Assembly (NCBI GenBank): GCA_041661795.1
Contig: JBAZTS010000001.1
Span: forward strand, 39,459 to 103,458
Source: Minisyncoccota bacterium
GTDB taxonomy: Bacteria; Patescibacteriota; Minisyncoccia; UBA6257; JAGOQP01
DNA length: 64,000 nt
Direction of reading: 5' to 3'
In this document: positions 10,154 to 19,818 of the stretch, piece by piece
Layout: each line of letters begins with the position of its first letter
How positions within the stretch are numbered: the first letter of the stretch is position 1
Notes under the pieces: model-generated
The model's database searches: none
Seen by the model: only the letters and a program-made list of their open reading frames with translations
Told to the model about the DNA's origin: nothing
Translations under genes and position numbers: made by a program

Positions 10154-10807
10154 TTATATAAACAAGACGGAAAGACCAAGATAGTTAACAATTATATTTC
10201 CAAACACTACACCGATTAAACCAGCCAAGACAAATGGAATTCCTAAAGTAGTATATTCTTCTTTAAAAATTATCTTTTTTACCAATGAGACAAGAATTAT
10301 CATAATAAAAAGAAAGACAAAGAAAACAACAAAAGCAGGCCACCCGCAACATAAACAGGCCAAAAATCCCAAATTGGTCTCTCCTTCATAAAAAAACCTT
10401 TCTTGGTATTTGACAAGATACTTTAATATAAAAAGCCAAACAAGAGAAAGGGCTAAAACTAATAAAGAATTAATCCAAAACCTGTTAAAAGCGTAAAAGA
10501 GAAAATATCCCATCTCTCCTCCAAATATCTTTTCCAAAACAGGACTTTGATTTATCTCATCAATATTTCCCAAAGAAGCCGAATTTTCCAAAAAGTTTTT
10601 GGCAAAATCATTAGACGACCAAAGACGATACTGTAGAAAACTTGTTACTAAAGGATAAGCAACGTAGAAAATAATTACAATCCAGCAAAATATCTTCAAA
10701 TACTTTACTGATTTTTTTATATCTTTGTTTTTATAAAAAAAGAATAAAAAAGATCCCAATAGCAACGCAATAAACAAAAAAAGATTGTAAGTGGTTATTT
10801 CAATCAT
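10154..10807 (-). CDS. multi-pass membrane protein; C-terminus resembles prepilin peptidase A24 membrane region
   Basis: Several TM segments with GWP and 'LGIPF' patterns. Start moved to the ATG at 10807 because the upstream small ORF ends at 10809. Confidence 0.6.
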   Translation of the reverse strand: MIEITTYNLFLFIALLLGSFLFFFYKNKDIKKSVKYLKIFCWIVIIFYVAYPLVTSFLQYRLWSSNDFAKNFLENSASLGNIDEINQSPVLEKIFGGEMGYFLFYAFNRFWINSLLVLALSLVWLFILKYLVKYQERFFYEGETNLGFLACLCCGWPAFVVFFVFLFIMIILVSLVKKIIFKEEYTTLGIPFVLAGLIGVVFGNIIVNYLGLSVLFI

Positions 10808-10808
10808 T

Positions 10809-10949
10809 TCACTCAACCGTAGGGGCAGAAACACTGGGAAGCAATAGCCCTTGTTCTTTTACTTTATCTTTAATAGAAAGATACAAAGCGATAGCGACAA
10901 TAAAAACAACAACAAGAATTATTGTAAGCACAATTGATTTTTTTGACAT
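10809..10949 (-). CDS. 46-aa single-TM protein (not in ORF track)
   Basis: MSKKSIVLTIILVVVFIVAIALYLSIK...; abuts both neighbours with 1-nt gaps. Confidence 0.6.
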   Translation of the reverse strand: MSKKSIVLTIILVVVFIVAIALYLSIKDKVKEQGLLLPSVSAPTVE

Positions 10950-10950
10950 A

Positions 10951-11118
10951 TTACAGCCAAATAATTTTATTCGACAGTATCAATATTATAAATATAGCCA
11001 GCCAAGCAATGGTGGCAAAAATAACTCCGGCAATAAATCCAGAAAGAGAAGAAGCAATAAGCTTGCCTATTTTATATTTATATTCTCTTGGCTCATGGGA
11101 AATGAAATCTTGTAGCAT
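10951..11118 (-). CDS. 55-aa membrane protein (not in ORF track)
   Basis: MLQDFISHEPREYKYKIGKLIASSLSGFIAGVIFATIAW...; tight operon packing. Confidence 0.65.
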   Translation of the reverse strand: MLQDFISHEPREYKYKIGKLIASSLSGFIAGVIFATIAWLAIFIILILSNKIIWL

Positions 11119-11187
11119 ATTTTTGTTTTTATTATTAGTCGATCTTTTGTATAATTATAGCATAGAAAAAATTAAAACAAATGGAAT

Positions 11188-11739
11188 ATGGGGATAATTA
11201 TATATATAATAATTTTATTACTTATGGTTTTGGTGCTAATAGGGTCCCTCCTTTATCAATGGAGTTTGATTTCAGAGGCGCCCTTTATTCCAACACCTCA
11301 AAAAGCCATAGAAAAGATAGCCAATTACGTGGAGATTAATGATAATGACGTTGTTTTTGACTTAGGATGCGGAGACGGGAGGTTTCTGGAAATTTGTTAT
11401 AAGAAAAACAGTAGAGCGTCTTATATCGGCATAGAGAAAAAGTTAGTCCCCTTTCTTCTGGCTAAACTAAGGGTATGGAGAATGAAAAGTCCTTTTAATA
11501 TCAAAATAGTCAAAGGCAATATTTTCAAGCAGGATTTTAGTAAAGCCACTTTCATATATACATATCTTTTCCCCGAGGTTATGGAAAAACTTGAACCAAA
11601 GTTGGAGAAAGAGTTAAAACCGGGAGCAGTTGTTATATCCTGTGATTTCAAGTTTAAAAATAAACAACCAGAAAAAATAATAAACTTAGGAAGAAATAAA
11701 AAACAATTGGCCAATAATTTAGTTTTTTACAGATTTTAA
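11188..11739 (+). CDS. class I SAM-dependent methyltransferase with N-terminal TM
   Basis: APFIPT, DLGCGDG, GIE and YLFP motifs. Confidence 0.85.
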   Translation: MGIIIYIIILLLMVLVLIGSLLYQWSLISEAPFIPTPQKAIEKIANYVEINDNDVVFDLGCGDGRFLEICYKKNSRASYIGIEKKLVPFLLAKLRVWRMKSPFNIKIVKGNIFKQDFSKATFIYTYLFPEVMEKLEPKLEKELKPGAVVISCDFKFKNKQPEKIINLGRNKKQLANNLVFYRF

Positions 11740-12204
11740 TATTGTTTCCAATCTCTCCAGAAACTGAATTTGAGATGGAAATATTTTTGTTTTGGCTTCT
11801 TTTGTATTAAAAAACTCTCCTCTATCAACTTCGGGCCATTCTTTCATAAAAAGAAACGGGATTTTGGCTTTAACCATATTGCTTTTGGTTCCAATTTTTT
11901 TATCTCCGTTTTTTAAAAAGTCAGAAGCTTCAACTCCCCAGGCATAAATTGTTTTTCCGCTTTTTGTAACAATATTTCCCAACTCAATGAAATTTCCATC
12001 AACTTCAAAACCAAGTTCCTCACGTGCTTCTCTTTTAGCTGCCGAAAAATATTCTTCTCCATCGTTAACACCGCCCTTGGGGATATCCCAAGAGCCAATA
12101 TCTTTCTTAGACCAAAAAGGTCCGCCGGGATGGACCAAGAGAAATTCAAGTTCTTTATTATTATTTCTTCTGTATATTAAAATTCCAGCACTTATTTTCT
12201 TCAT
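11719..12204 (-). CDS. NUDIX hydrolase
   Basis: LVHPGGPFW, Nudix box PKGG...AAKREAREELG and PEVDR. Confidence 0.9.
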   Translation of the reverse strand: MKKISAGILIYRRNNNKELEFLLVHPGGPFWSKKDIGSWDIPKGGVNDGEEYFSAAKREAREELGFEVDGNFIELGNIVTKSGKTIYAWGVEASDFLKNGDKKIGTKSNMVKAKIPFLFMKEWPEVDRGEFFNTKEAKTKIFPSQIQFLERLETILKSVKN

Positions 12205-12217
12205 AATATTGACTGTA

Positions 12218-12365
12218 TATATAAAAGTTTCGTTTCGCGAACCTCCGGAATCGTTTTGGCATGGTCTAAATTATGCTGTTTAGCATGATTTAGCAAAACG
12301 ATGAGGACAAGCAAGCGAGTCGCTGGTCAAAGCGAAGCGGGTTCAAGAAATGAAATTTTTATATA
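12218..12365. repeat. 148-bp nested-hairpin element (MITE-like or structured RNA)
   Basis: 19-bp terminal inverted repeat (17/19) plus inner stems atcgttttg/caaaacgat and ctaaattatgct/agcatgatttag. Confidence 0.65.
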
Positions 12366-12372
12366 ATAGGTG

Positions 12373-12768
12373 TTACTCAGTTGTCTTTCCGTCAAAATGC
12401 TCTTCCTGCGCCATCGCCTCCGCTTTTGTGACCCTCACTACTCCGTCTTGATGCTCTGGAGGAGAATAAATTGTGTAAAGTTTTAACGGTTTATCAGAAG
12501 AAGTGTTTATTATGTTGTGCTTGGCTCCGGCCGGAACCACAATAGCAAAACCATCGGATATTTCATGCTCCACTCCATCTAAAACCGCCTTTCCTACTCC
12601 TGCTTCAACTCTTAAAAATTGGTCTAACGTATGAACTTCTTCTCCAATGTCTTCTCCCGGTAAAAGAGACATCAAAACTAATTGACTATTTTTAGCAGTA
12701 TAAAGCACCTTTCTAAAATTTTCATTCTCCAGAGTCAACTTCTCTATATTATCAACGTATCCTTTCAT
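12373..12768 (-). CDS. cupin domain protein
   Basis: GEDIGEEVH..DQF, VPAGAKHN and YSPPEH motifs. Confidence 0.9.
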   Translation of the reverse strand: MKGYVDNIEKLTLENENFRKVLYTAKNSQLVLMSLLPGEDIGEEVHTLDQFLRVEAGVGKAVLDGVEHEISDGFAIVVPAGAKHNIINTSSDKPLKLYTIYSPPEHQDGVVRVTKAEAMAQEEHFDGKTTE

Positions 12769-12810
12769 AATATTTTTTTTATTATTTTTTACGACAAATT
12801 AATTATACAG

Positions 12811-12840
12811 AAACAGCCCTCTTTTGGAAAGGGCTGTTTT
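12811..12840 (-). terminator. intrinsic terminator after the large surface protein gene
   Basis: aaacagccct/agggctgttt stem with A/T tails. Confidence 0.7.
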
Positions 12841-12869
12841 ATTTTTCGTAATATCTGCGATGTTTTTAT

Positions 12870-15800
12870 TTACATCTGTCCTTGACTTTGGTTGCCGTTC
12901 TTATTCTTTCTGTTTTTATACCAAGAATTAGCGGACTGCCAGATTCCATAAAGCGCCAAAAGAATTAAGAGAAGAACCAACCAACTTACCCAATTGTTTC
13001 CGCTTCCTAAACTTAAAATGTTAGCCATAAGCAAGCTACCGGCTGCCGGAGGATTTGGAAGAGCGCTCAATTCTGCCTGTTCTAACACATTGGCTTGTAA
13101 ATTATCTCCTCCAATTTCAGGATTTGGAGTTTCTGTTGGAGCTCCCGGAGTTAAAATTCCTTCTGGAGCCGGAATATTTCCACCTGCGCCTTCACCAGCT
13201 TCACCTCCAGTTGGTTCTATTACTCCTTGAGGAGCCAGAACAACTATTGGGGCAGGAACAAATTCTTTAGTGGTAACCACGTGCTCTTCAACTCCAAAAG
13301 CCAGTGAGCCGTGAGATACAGTCCTGTAGTAGTAAGTCGTACTCGGTTCAAGTCCTGTTATGGTTATAAAGTGAGCCAACACCGGAACGTCAACATTATA
13401 TTCAGGTGTAGTTCTGGCATATCCGTATTTTGGAGGAGTTCCGGAATTATCATTCAAATCAAGAGTATGAACCTCTCCTTCTCTAGCGTAAATTACTTGG
13501 CTGGTTGATTCATAACTGGTGTTCCAAGCAATACTAATAGAAGTGTCGGTAATTTCTCCAATTGATTCATTGGATACGGAAAGTTCCGGTCTTGTGTAAC
13601 CACCTCCGCCACCGCCACCTCCACCACCGCCTCCACCTTGCTGTTGTTGCTGAGCAATGTCGTCGTTAGTAATCGTACAAGTTTTATGCTGTCCAACGGT
13701 AATAGGACCGGAACAATTTTCACTCATTTGCGTAGTATACAGAGAATCAGCATCTTCAGTTACCGTGTAGTTTGTGGCACCGCGGAAATAGACCACGGTT
13801 CCTTCTTCATCCCCCAAGAATGTGGTAGGAGCAAATAAATGATCCAGAATCACTGTCGCATATGCCTTTGTGGTTCCAAAGAAGCTAAGAACACTGTTTA
13901 CAATTTTATTCAAAACAGTAAGTTCTTGCTGTGGAACATTTACATGAATAGTAAATTCTCTTGCGGTTTTTGTGCCTCCGTTATCATTTATAACGTGTTT
14001 TATCACCGTAATTGATGTCTGGTTTGTATTGTTGAAAGTACAGGTCACGGAATCGGCATTTCCAATGACTATATTTTCTCCATTCGGAATATCACTACCA
14101 ACACCTCTGTCGCCAGACAGACAAGACACGCCGGTTAAACTCCATCCTTCTAATGGATTCTCAGTCACATCATATGAACCGGCATTCAACATAATAATTT
14201 CAGTCTGAGCAGACCCTCCAATTGTCGTGACTTGAGGTGATATTTGAGTTCCGCTTATTGAGAAATTAAATGTTCCATCATCACCATCGGTATGTTTGAC
14301 GATAGTGAGTTCCGCCGGCTCTGCTGTGTTGGTAATCGAACAAGTTGCATTTTGTCCAAGATCCAAATGAATATAGCTTCCGTCGTTCTGAACACCTTCA
14401 CAATTCCATCCTCCAGGAGTGTATCCGGAAGGTCCTCCTGATTCAGAAAGAGTATAGGAACCGACATTTACACTTACATTCGTAACAGCTTCGCTTCCTG
14501 TAACACCTGAGATATCTGTCGGACCAGTGGCTGAAAGCGTCCATTGATCTGCGGTTGCAGACCCGACACCTTCTCTATTATTAACATTTTTTATAAGAGT
14601 GAGTTTTGGAGCAATATCATCGTTAGTGATCGTACAAACCCATGCCTGTTGGTCATCTACGTGAATAATTCCATCTGTATTATTTTGTTGTCCGCTCACA
14701 CAACTTATTCCGGTATTTTCATATCCAAGAGAAGTTGGATCATCTTCACTTACTGTGTAATCTCCCGGAGCAAGAAAGTTGGCTTGACCGCTCGAAACAC
14801 TACTCGGCTCGATTCCAACAGAAGTAATTTTTAGAGAAAAACTGCTTTGTGTAAGAGTTCCGCCGTTATCATTTATAACATTTTTTATAACCGTTATTGC
14901 TCCTTGTCCTACGGGAATATCACTGTTAGTAATGGTACAGCTTTCTGTTTTGTTGCTTGCAACCCCGATAATTGTACATGAACCTTCTTGAGAATCGGAA
15001 AATGAACCTGCATAACCTTCACGGCTTGGTTCAGACACCGCATAAGCGCCCGGATCAACATCAACGGTATTTTGGCCAGTCATCGCTCCTTCTTCTGCGG
15101 TAAATGGAGTTAATGGACCATCATTTAGATTAAACGAGAAATCGTTGGCATCCGCAGTACCAATGCCGTGATTTATGACGTTTTTTGTAATAACAAGATG
15201 ACCTGTTTTTTGCTGATTGGTAATTGTTATGTCGGTGTTTGTTCCGGCACCTACGGTAATCTGCGCTCCGTCTCCATTGTTCTGATTTTCATCAATACTG
15301 TACGACACAAATGTATAATCGTCATCCGGATTTTCTGTAATCGTGTATGTCTGACCGGGATCAAGATTAGAGTAAATGTCCGCTGAATTTTCTCCCACTC
15401 CGTGTTGGTTGGAGCCGTTAATCATTACATAGAACGTGTGTGAGTCGTTCGCATCACCTCCAGTCGGACCTACGACATCTTTATAAATTGTTATGGAACC
15501 GCGTTGAGTATTGTCAAAAACGCAGTGTATTTCTTCACCCGGATCAAGATCTATATAAGCAGTCATACCGTCTGTGGTAGTGCCCTGGTCTGGATCAATA
15601 CAAACCAAACTACTCATATCCCATCCGGTTTTTGTAAGTTCCGCAACGGTATATGGTCCTGGAGCCAGCCAAGCGCTGATATCCGTTTCCATATTATTTA
15701 GGAAGAAATTGGATTGATAACTTGCTGAAAATTCAAATTCAGTAGTTGTGTCATCGTTAGGAGTAGTTTGTTTTTCAATAACAATCTTCCCCATCTGTTG

Positions 15801-17141
15801 GTTTCCAAAATCCTTTGCTGTTTCATTATTTCCACCGCTGATTGTTGTATCGTGTCCGAATATTGAACCATCACAAGATGGTCCGGAACCGGGAGATATT
15901 TGTCTCCAACCGGATTGTAACGCTTCACAAACTTTGTAATTTCCATTTCCTAAACCGAGGAAAGAATAATTTCCGTTTAAATCAGTAGAAGTAGAAGTCG
16001 TTGCCGTTCCGGATAAGTTCATTGTCCATCCGGGGAGTCCGACTTCATCTTGGTCTTTTATTCCATTGCCGTTCAAGTCATTATACTTCTGACCAGAGAT
16101 AGAACCAGAACTTCCAATAACAATATCGTCTACTCTAAAGTTTTCATCTGTTTGACTTGCATTAGTTCTTAATCTAAGTGAAAAAGTTGAATTATTAACA
16201 GGAGCAGGAAAATTAAAATTCACTTGAGAACTCCATGATAAATTATTTAATGAGTGAGAATTTATATTTGTCCATGATGGACTTCCGCTTGTACAATCTC
16301 CCAAGCGATATTCCACAACTCCATAATCATTGGATTCAGCATCCGAATCTCCTTTCCAAAAATAACTTAGAGCAAAATTAGTATCATCAGAAGCGTCAAA
16401 GGTTCTACAAATTGAACCAGTATCTTCTATTTTTACAAATTTATTAGAAACATTGCTGTCTTGAGTTTGATCTTCTCCACTGGTAGTACCAGTAATTTGA
16501 GCTGGCTCACTCTCAACCCACCCTGAAACAGTAGCTGAATTAGTAGTACCAAATGTTTCTGTAAATGGAATTGGAGTTGGAGGAGTATAGTAAACTTTTA
16601 CTCGTAAATGATCTAGCCACGCAGAATCTCCTCCAGAAGTGGCATCCATTTGTACTCTAAAATTACTGCTATTTATTATACCCGTAGTCCAAGAACTATA
16701 TCCCCAATCATTTGTACTATTTCCAAGTGTTATAATACTATCACTAGTACTTAAGGCCCCAGTATTTTGTGGAGATGTCCAGTTGGTACCATTATTCCAT
16801 GACAAAGAAACATCCCAAGTTCTACTCGAACCACTATCTCTACGTCCTTCAACGCCAACTTCAATCCCATTAATAATAGAACCGGCGGGAATACTAAATC
16901 CAAAATTATAATAAGAGTTTCTATCACTACTTGAATTATATTCAGCTCTGCTATCGTTTGATGAATAAGCGTTTGCGGGACTACCAACAGAAGAACCGCC
17001 AAAATCAACATTACTTATTGGTGAATTCCATCCGCTATCCGCAGCCCAAGCTATTCCCGTAGGAAAAGCGATTCCGAAGACAAGAGTGATAATAGTTACA
17101 TAAGCCGACAACTGACCGAAAAACTTTTTTGTGTGATTCAT
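12870..17141 (-). CDS. 1423-aa surface adhesin-like protein
   Basis: Signal peptide, SdrD B-like domain (ISGQKYNDLNGNG..D), repeated K.V.N...CTITN beta-sandwich domains, polyQ/polyG linker, FN3-like domain, C-terminal TM with basic tail. Confidence 0.85.
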   Translation of the reverse strand: MNHTKKFFGQLSAYVTIITLVFGIAFPTGIAWAADSGWNSPISNVDFGGSSVGSPANAYSSNDSRAEYNSSSDRNSYYNFGFSIPAGSIINGIEVGVEGRRDSGSSRTWDVSLSWNNGTNWTSPQNTGALSTSDSIITLGNSTNDWGYSSWTTGIINSSNFRVQMDATSGGDSAWLDHLRVKVYYTPPTPIPFTETFGTTNSATVSGWVESEPAQITGTTSGEDQTQDSNVSNKFVKIEDTGSICRTFDASDDTNFALSYFWKGDSDAESNDYGVVEYRLGDCTSGSPSWTNINSHSLNNLSWSSQVNFNFPAPVNNSTFSLRLRTNASQTDENFRVDDIVIGSSGSISGQKYNDLNGNGIKDQDEVGLPGWTMNLSGTATTSTSTDLNGNYSFLGLGNGNYKVCEALQSGWRQISPGSGPSCDGSIFGHDTTISGGNNETAKDFGNQQMGKIVIEKQTTPNDDTTTEFEFSASYQSNFFLNNMETDISAWLAPGPYTVAELTKTGWDMSSLVCIDPDQGTTTDGMTAYIDLDPGEEIHCVFDNTQRGSITIYKDVVGPTGGDANDSHTFYVMINGSNQHGVGENSADIYSNLDPGQTYTITENPDDDYTFVSYSIDENQNNGDGAQITVGAGTNTDITITNQQKTGHLVITKNVINHGIGTADANDFSFNLNDGPLTPFTAEEGAMTGQNTVDVDPGAYAVSEPSREGYAGSFSDSQEGSCTIIGVASNKTESCTITNSDIPVGQGAITVIKNVINDNGGTLTQSSFSLKITSVGIEPSSVSSGQANFLAPGDYTVSEDDPTSLGYENTGISCVSGQQNNTDGIIHVDDQQAWVCTITNDDIAPKLTLIKNVNNREGVGSATADQWTLSATGPTDISGVTGSEAVTNVSVNVGSYTLSESGGPSGYTPGGWNCEGVQNDGSYIHLDLGQNATCSITNTAEPAELTIVKHTDGDDGTFNFSISGTQISPQVTTIGGSAQTEIIMLNAGSYDVTENPLEGWSLTGVSCLSGDRGVGSDIPNGENIVIGNADSVTCTFNNTNQTSITVIKHVINDNGGTKTAREFTIHVNVPQQELTVLNKIVNSVLSFFGTTKAYATVILDHLFAPTTFLGDEEGTVVYFRGATNYTVTEDADSLYTTQMSENCSGPITVGQHKTCTITNDDIAQQQQQGGGGGGGGGGGGGYTRPELSVSNESIGEITDTSISIAWNTSYESTSQVIYAREGEVHTLDLNDNSGTPPKYGYARTTPEYNVDVPVLAHFITITGLEPSTTYYYRTVSHGSLAFGVEEHVVTTKEFVPAPIVVLAPQGVIEPTGGEAGEGAGGNIPAPEGILTPGAPTETPNPEIGGDNLQANVLEQAELSALPNPPAAGSLLMANILSLGSGNNWVSWLVLLLILLALYGIWQSANSWYKNRKNKNGNQSQGQM

Positions 17142-17334
17142 ATTTGTTTTTTTATCTTAATTTTTAATAATAAAAAACGAACAAGTTAAATAACCTGTTC
17201 GGTGTTTAAAAAGACGACCACTGCCTTGTTTTATTGTTATTTATGTTTTTGTAAACCAATCCGGCCTTTAATTAATAGACCTCATTTACCCAAAAACTAT
17301 ACAATACAACCTCAGATAAAGTCAAGTGGATAAC

Positions 17335-17360
17335 AAAAAACCCCGTTATAGGGGTTTTTT
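17335..17360 (-). terminator. intrinsic terminator after the cold-shock gene
   Basis: aaaaaacccc-gttata-ggggtttttt. Confidence 0.75.
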
Positions 17361-17389
17361 GTTAGATTTACAAATCTATATTTTCATTC

Positions 17390-17599
17390 TTAAACGCGAG
17401 TTACACCGGTTGCGTTCATTCGTCCGTCTCCTTTGTCGGATTCGGTTTTTTCAAAAGATACTTTATCACCAACTTTGAGGTCTTCAAAGCTTACGCCTGT
17501 AACCCCATTTTTGTGAAAAAATAAATCTTTTTCTTCTCCTTCAATGGCAATGAATCCAAATTCTTTGCCTTCTGGGAGAGATTTTATTGTTCCTTCCAT
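17390..17599 (-). CDS. cold-shock domain protein
   Basis: KEFGFI (RNP1), DLFFH (RNP2), 69 aa. Confidence 0.92.
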   Translation of the reverse strand: MEGTIKSLPEGKEFGFIAIEGEEKDLFFHKNGVTGVSFEDLKVGDKVSFEKTESDKGDGRMNATGVTRV

Positions 17600-17708
17600 A
17601 ATTATAAATTTAACTTTATTAATGTTTTAAGGTTTTACCCTAAAGCTTAGCTCCTTGAATAAACTCGACGAAATTTTTATTAAGTAACTATCTTAATTGC
17701 TATTGTTA

Positions 17709-17737
17709 ATACTAGCACATAACAGTCAATAAGTCAA
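17709..17737 (-). promoter_or_regulatory. sigma70 promoter of the cold-shock gene
   Basis: TTGACT-17 bp-TAGTAT on the minus strand, ~110 nt upstream of the ATG. Confidence 0.6.
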
Positions 17738-17751
17738 TCTAAAAGATCTGA

Positions 17752-18195
17752 TTAAGATTTAGAGGCCTTTTTAACTGATTTTTTGGTTTTTATAACCGGA
17801 ACTGTTTTTACTAACGGTTTGACATTTGCCATAGCTTCTACCGCCTTAATGAGTCGGTCCATCTTTACATTCAACATCTCTAACTGATTCTTTACCTCAT
17901 TATTATCGGTTCTAACGGGAGCTGAAAATCTGTCATCTCTAAAATCTCTATTGCTTCCTGTCTCTTTTTTACCTCCAAAACAGGCGTTGCAATACACCGG
18001 TTTACCGCTACTTGGTCTAAAAGGCACTTCACATGGCTTTTTACATTCATCGCAAACCGCTTGGTGCATAGTGACTGGTCCACGATCTCTGCCTCCACCA
18101 AATCCACCTCTGCCTCCACTTCGTCCACCAAATCCTCCACCACGTCCCCCACCACCACCGAAACGTTTTCCACCGCCTTGTCTAAAATCTCCCAT
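17752..18195 (-). CDS. CxxC-x17-CxxC zinc-binding protein with RGG-rich N-terminus
   Basis: MHQAVCDECKKPCEVPFRPSSGKPVYCNACF. Confidence 0.88.
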   Translation of the reverse strand: MGDFRQGGGKRFGGGGGRGGGFGGRSGGRGGFGGGRDRGPVTMHQAVCDECKKPCEVPFRPSSGKPVYCNACFGGKKETGSNRDFRDDRFSAPVRTDNNEVKNQLEMLNVKMDRLIKAVEAMANVKPLVKTVPVIKTKKSVKKASKS

Positions 18196-18312
18196 ATGTT
18201 TATATATTAGTTATTGTAATAATAAACAAAGTATACACCGTTTCTATTCAAAAAGCAAAGGAGAGCTTCATTTTTTCGTGCATATTTCCCAAAAATAAGG
18301 TACTCTCACAAA

Positions 18313-19812
18313 ATGTTTAAAGAAGACACAATCCTCAGATTTAAAGACGTAAGCTTTGAATACGGAAATAATAAACAAATTCTAAACGAAATTAACTGTT
18401 CCGTGCGTCAAGGATTAAAAATAGCAATCATGGGTCAAAACGGTTCGGGCAAAACGACCATTTTTGATTTGATTACAGGAAAGTCAAAGCCAGAGTCGGG
18501 CACAATAAGCGTGAACAAAGACATAAGCATAGCAATCGCTCGCCAAGTTATCCCCCGTGATGAACTTAACCTCACTGTTCGGGAATTTTTTGTTAAGGCG
18601 TTTGATGATTCCGCGTCTGTTGGCTTACGTAAGGCCAGTGGGAAAATTTATGATATTGACCCGAGAATAGATAAAGCACTTGAGATAGTAAACTTGAGCG
18701 GTCACGAAAAGCTCCATGAGCGTATTATTAAGTCCTTTTCTGGTGGTCAGCAGGCTCGCATTCTTTTGGCGTCCGCTCTTATTCAAGAGCCCGACCTTCT
18801 TCTTCTTGATGAACCCACTAATAATCTTGACAAGGCCGGTATTGAGCACCTAAGACAATTTTTAATTGATTATAAAAAAACAGTCATTGTGATTTCTCAT
18901 GATGCAGAATTTCTTAATGCATTTACCGATGGCGTTTTATATCTTGATGTATTTACAAAGAAGCTTGAACAATATGTGGGAAACTATTTTGACGTGATGG
19001 AACAAATTACCGCCCGGGTAGAAAAAGAAAATAGAAAAAACGCTCAACTTGCCAAAATAATTCAAGAAAAAAAAGACAAGGCAAATTTCTTTGCTCACAA
19101 AGGCGGACAGATGCGTCTGGTTGCAAGACGTATGCGCGATAAAGCTCAAGAACTTGAAGAAAAAAAAGTAGATACACGCAGAGAAGATAAAACAATTCGG
19201 CCTTTTACTATTATGAATCAACCCGATTTATCCGGTGATATCGTAACCATTTCTTCATTAAAAATAATGGACCCAAAAACCAATAAATTTGTATCTAAAA
19301 AAGTTAAAATTGTTTTACGTCGCAATCAGCGCCTTCTTTTACAAGGTCCAAACGGTATTGGTAAAAGCACGTTACTTGAATCAATTGTAAAAGGTGAACT
19401 GGAAACTGCAAAAATTATGAAAGACATACGAGTAGGATATTATAGACAGGATTTTTCAACGCTTGATTTTGACGCTACGGTATATGAGGCCCTAATGTCG
19501 GTTATGGAAATAAAATCAGAAGAAGACATGCGTTCTGTTGCGGCCGGTTTTTTGATAACAGGCAATATAATCAACACAAAAATCGGCGATCTATCTGAAG
19601 GTCAGAAGGGACTGGTCGCCTTTGCTCAATTGGTGCTACAAAAGCCGGGATTACTCATTCTTGATGAACCGACAAATCATATAAATTTTCGCCATATTCC
19701 GGTTATCGCTCAATCTTTGAATACCTACGCTGGCGCGATGATTCTTGTAAGTCACGTTCCCGACTTTGTGAATAAAATAAGGATTGATGAGGTGCTTGAT
19801 TTGGGAAAGTAA
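18313..19812 (+). CDS. ABC-F family ATPase
   Basis: Two ABC domains (GQNGSGKT, SGGQ, LLLDEPTN; GPNGIGKS, LSEGQ, LDEPTNH), no TM segments. Confidence 0.92.
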   Translation: MFKEDTILRFKDVSFEYGNNKQILNEINCSVRQGLKIAIMGQNGSGKTTIFDLITGKSKPESGTISVNKDISIAIARQVIPRDELNLTVREFFVKAFDDSASVGLRKASGKIYDIDPRIDKALEIVNLSGHEKLHERIIKSFSGGQQARILLASALIQEPDLLLLDEPTNNLDKAGIEHLRQFLIDYKKTVIVISHDAEFLNAFTDGVLYLDVFTKKLEQYVGNYFDVMEQITARVEKENRKNAQLAKIIQEKKDKANFFAHKGGQMRLVARRMRDKAQELEEKKVDTRREDKTIRPFTIMNQPDLSGDIVTISSLKIMDPKTNKFVSKKVKIVLRRNQRLLLQGPNGIGKSTLLESIVKGELETAKIMKDIRVGYYRQDFSTLDFDATVYEALMSVMEIKSEEDMRSVAAGFLITGNIINTKIGDLSEGQKGLVAFAQLVLQKPGLLILDEPTNHINFRHIPVIAQSLNTYAGAMILVSHVPDFVNKIRIDEVLDLGK

Positions 19813-19818
19813 TACAAT

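Noticed and set aside
10934-11197. 87-aa plus-strand ORF and the many other short antisense ORFs in the track
   Set aside because: They overlap better-supported genes on the opposite strand and have no recognisable motifs
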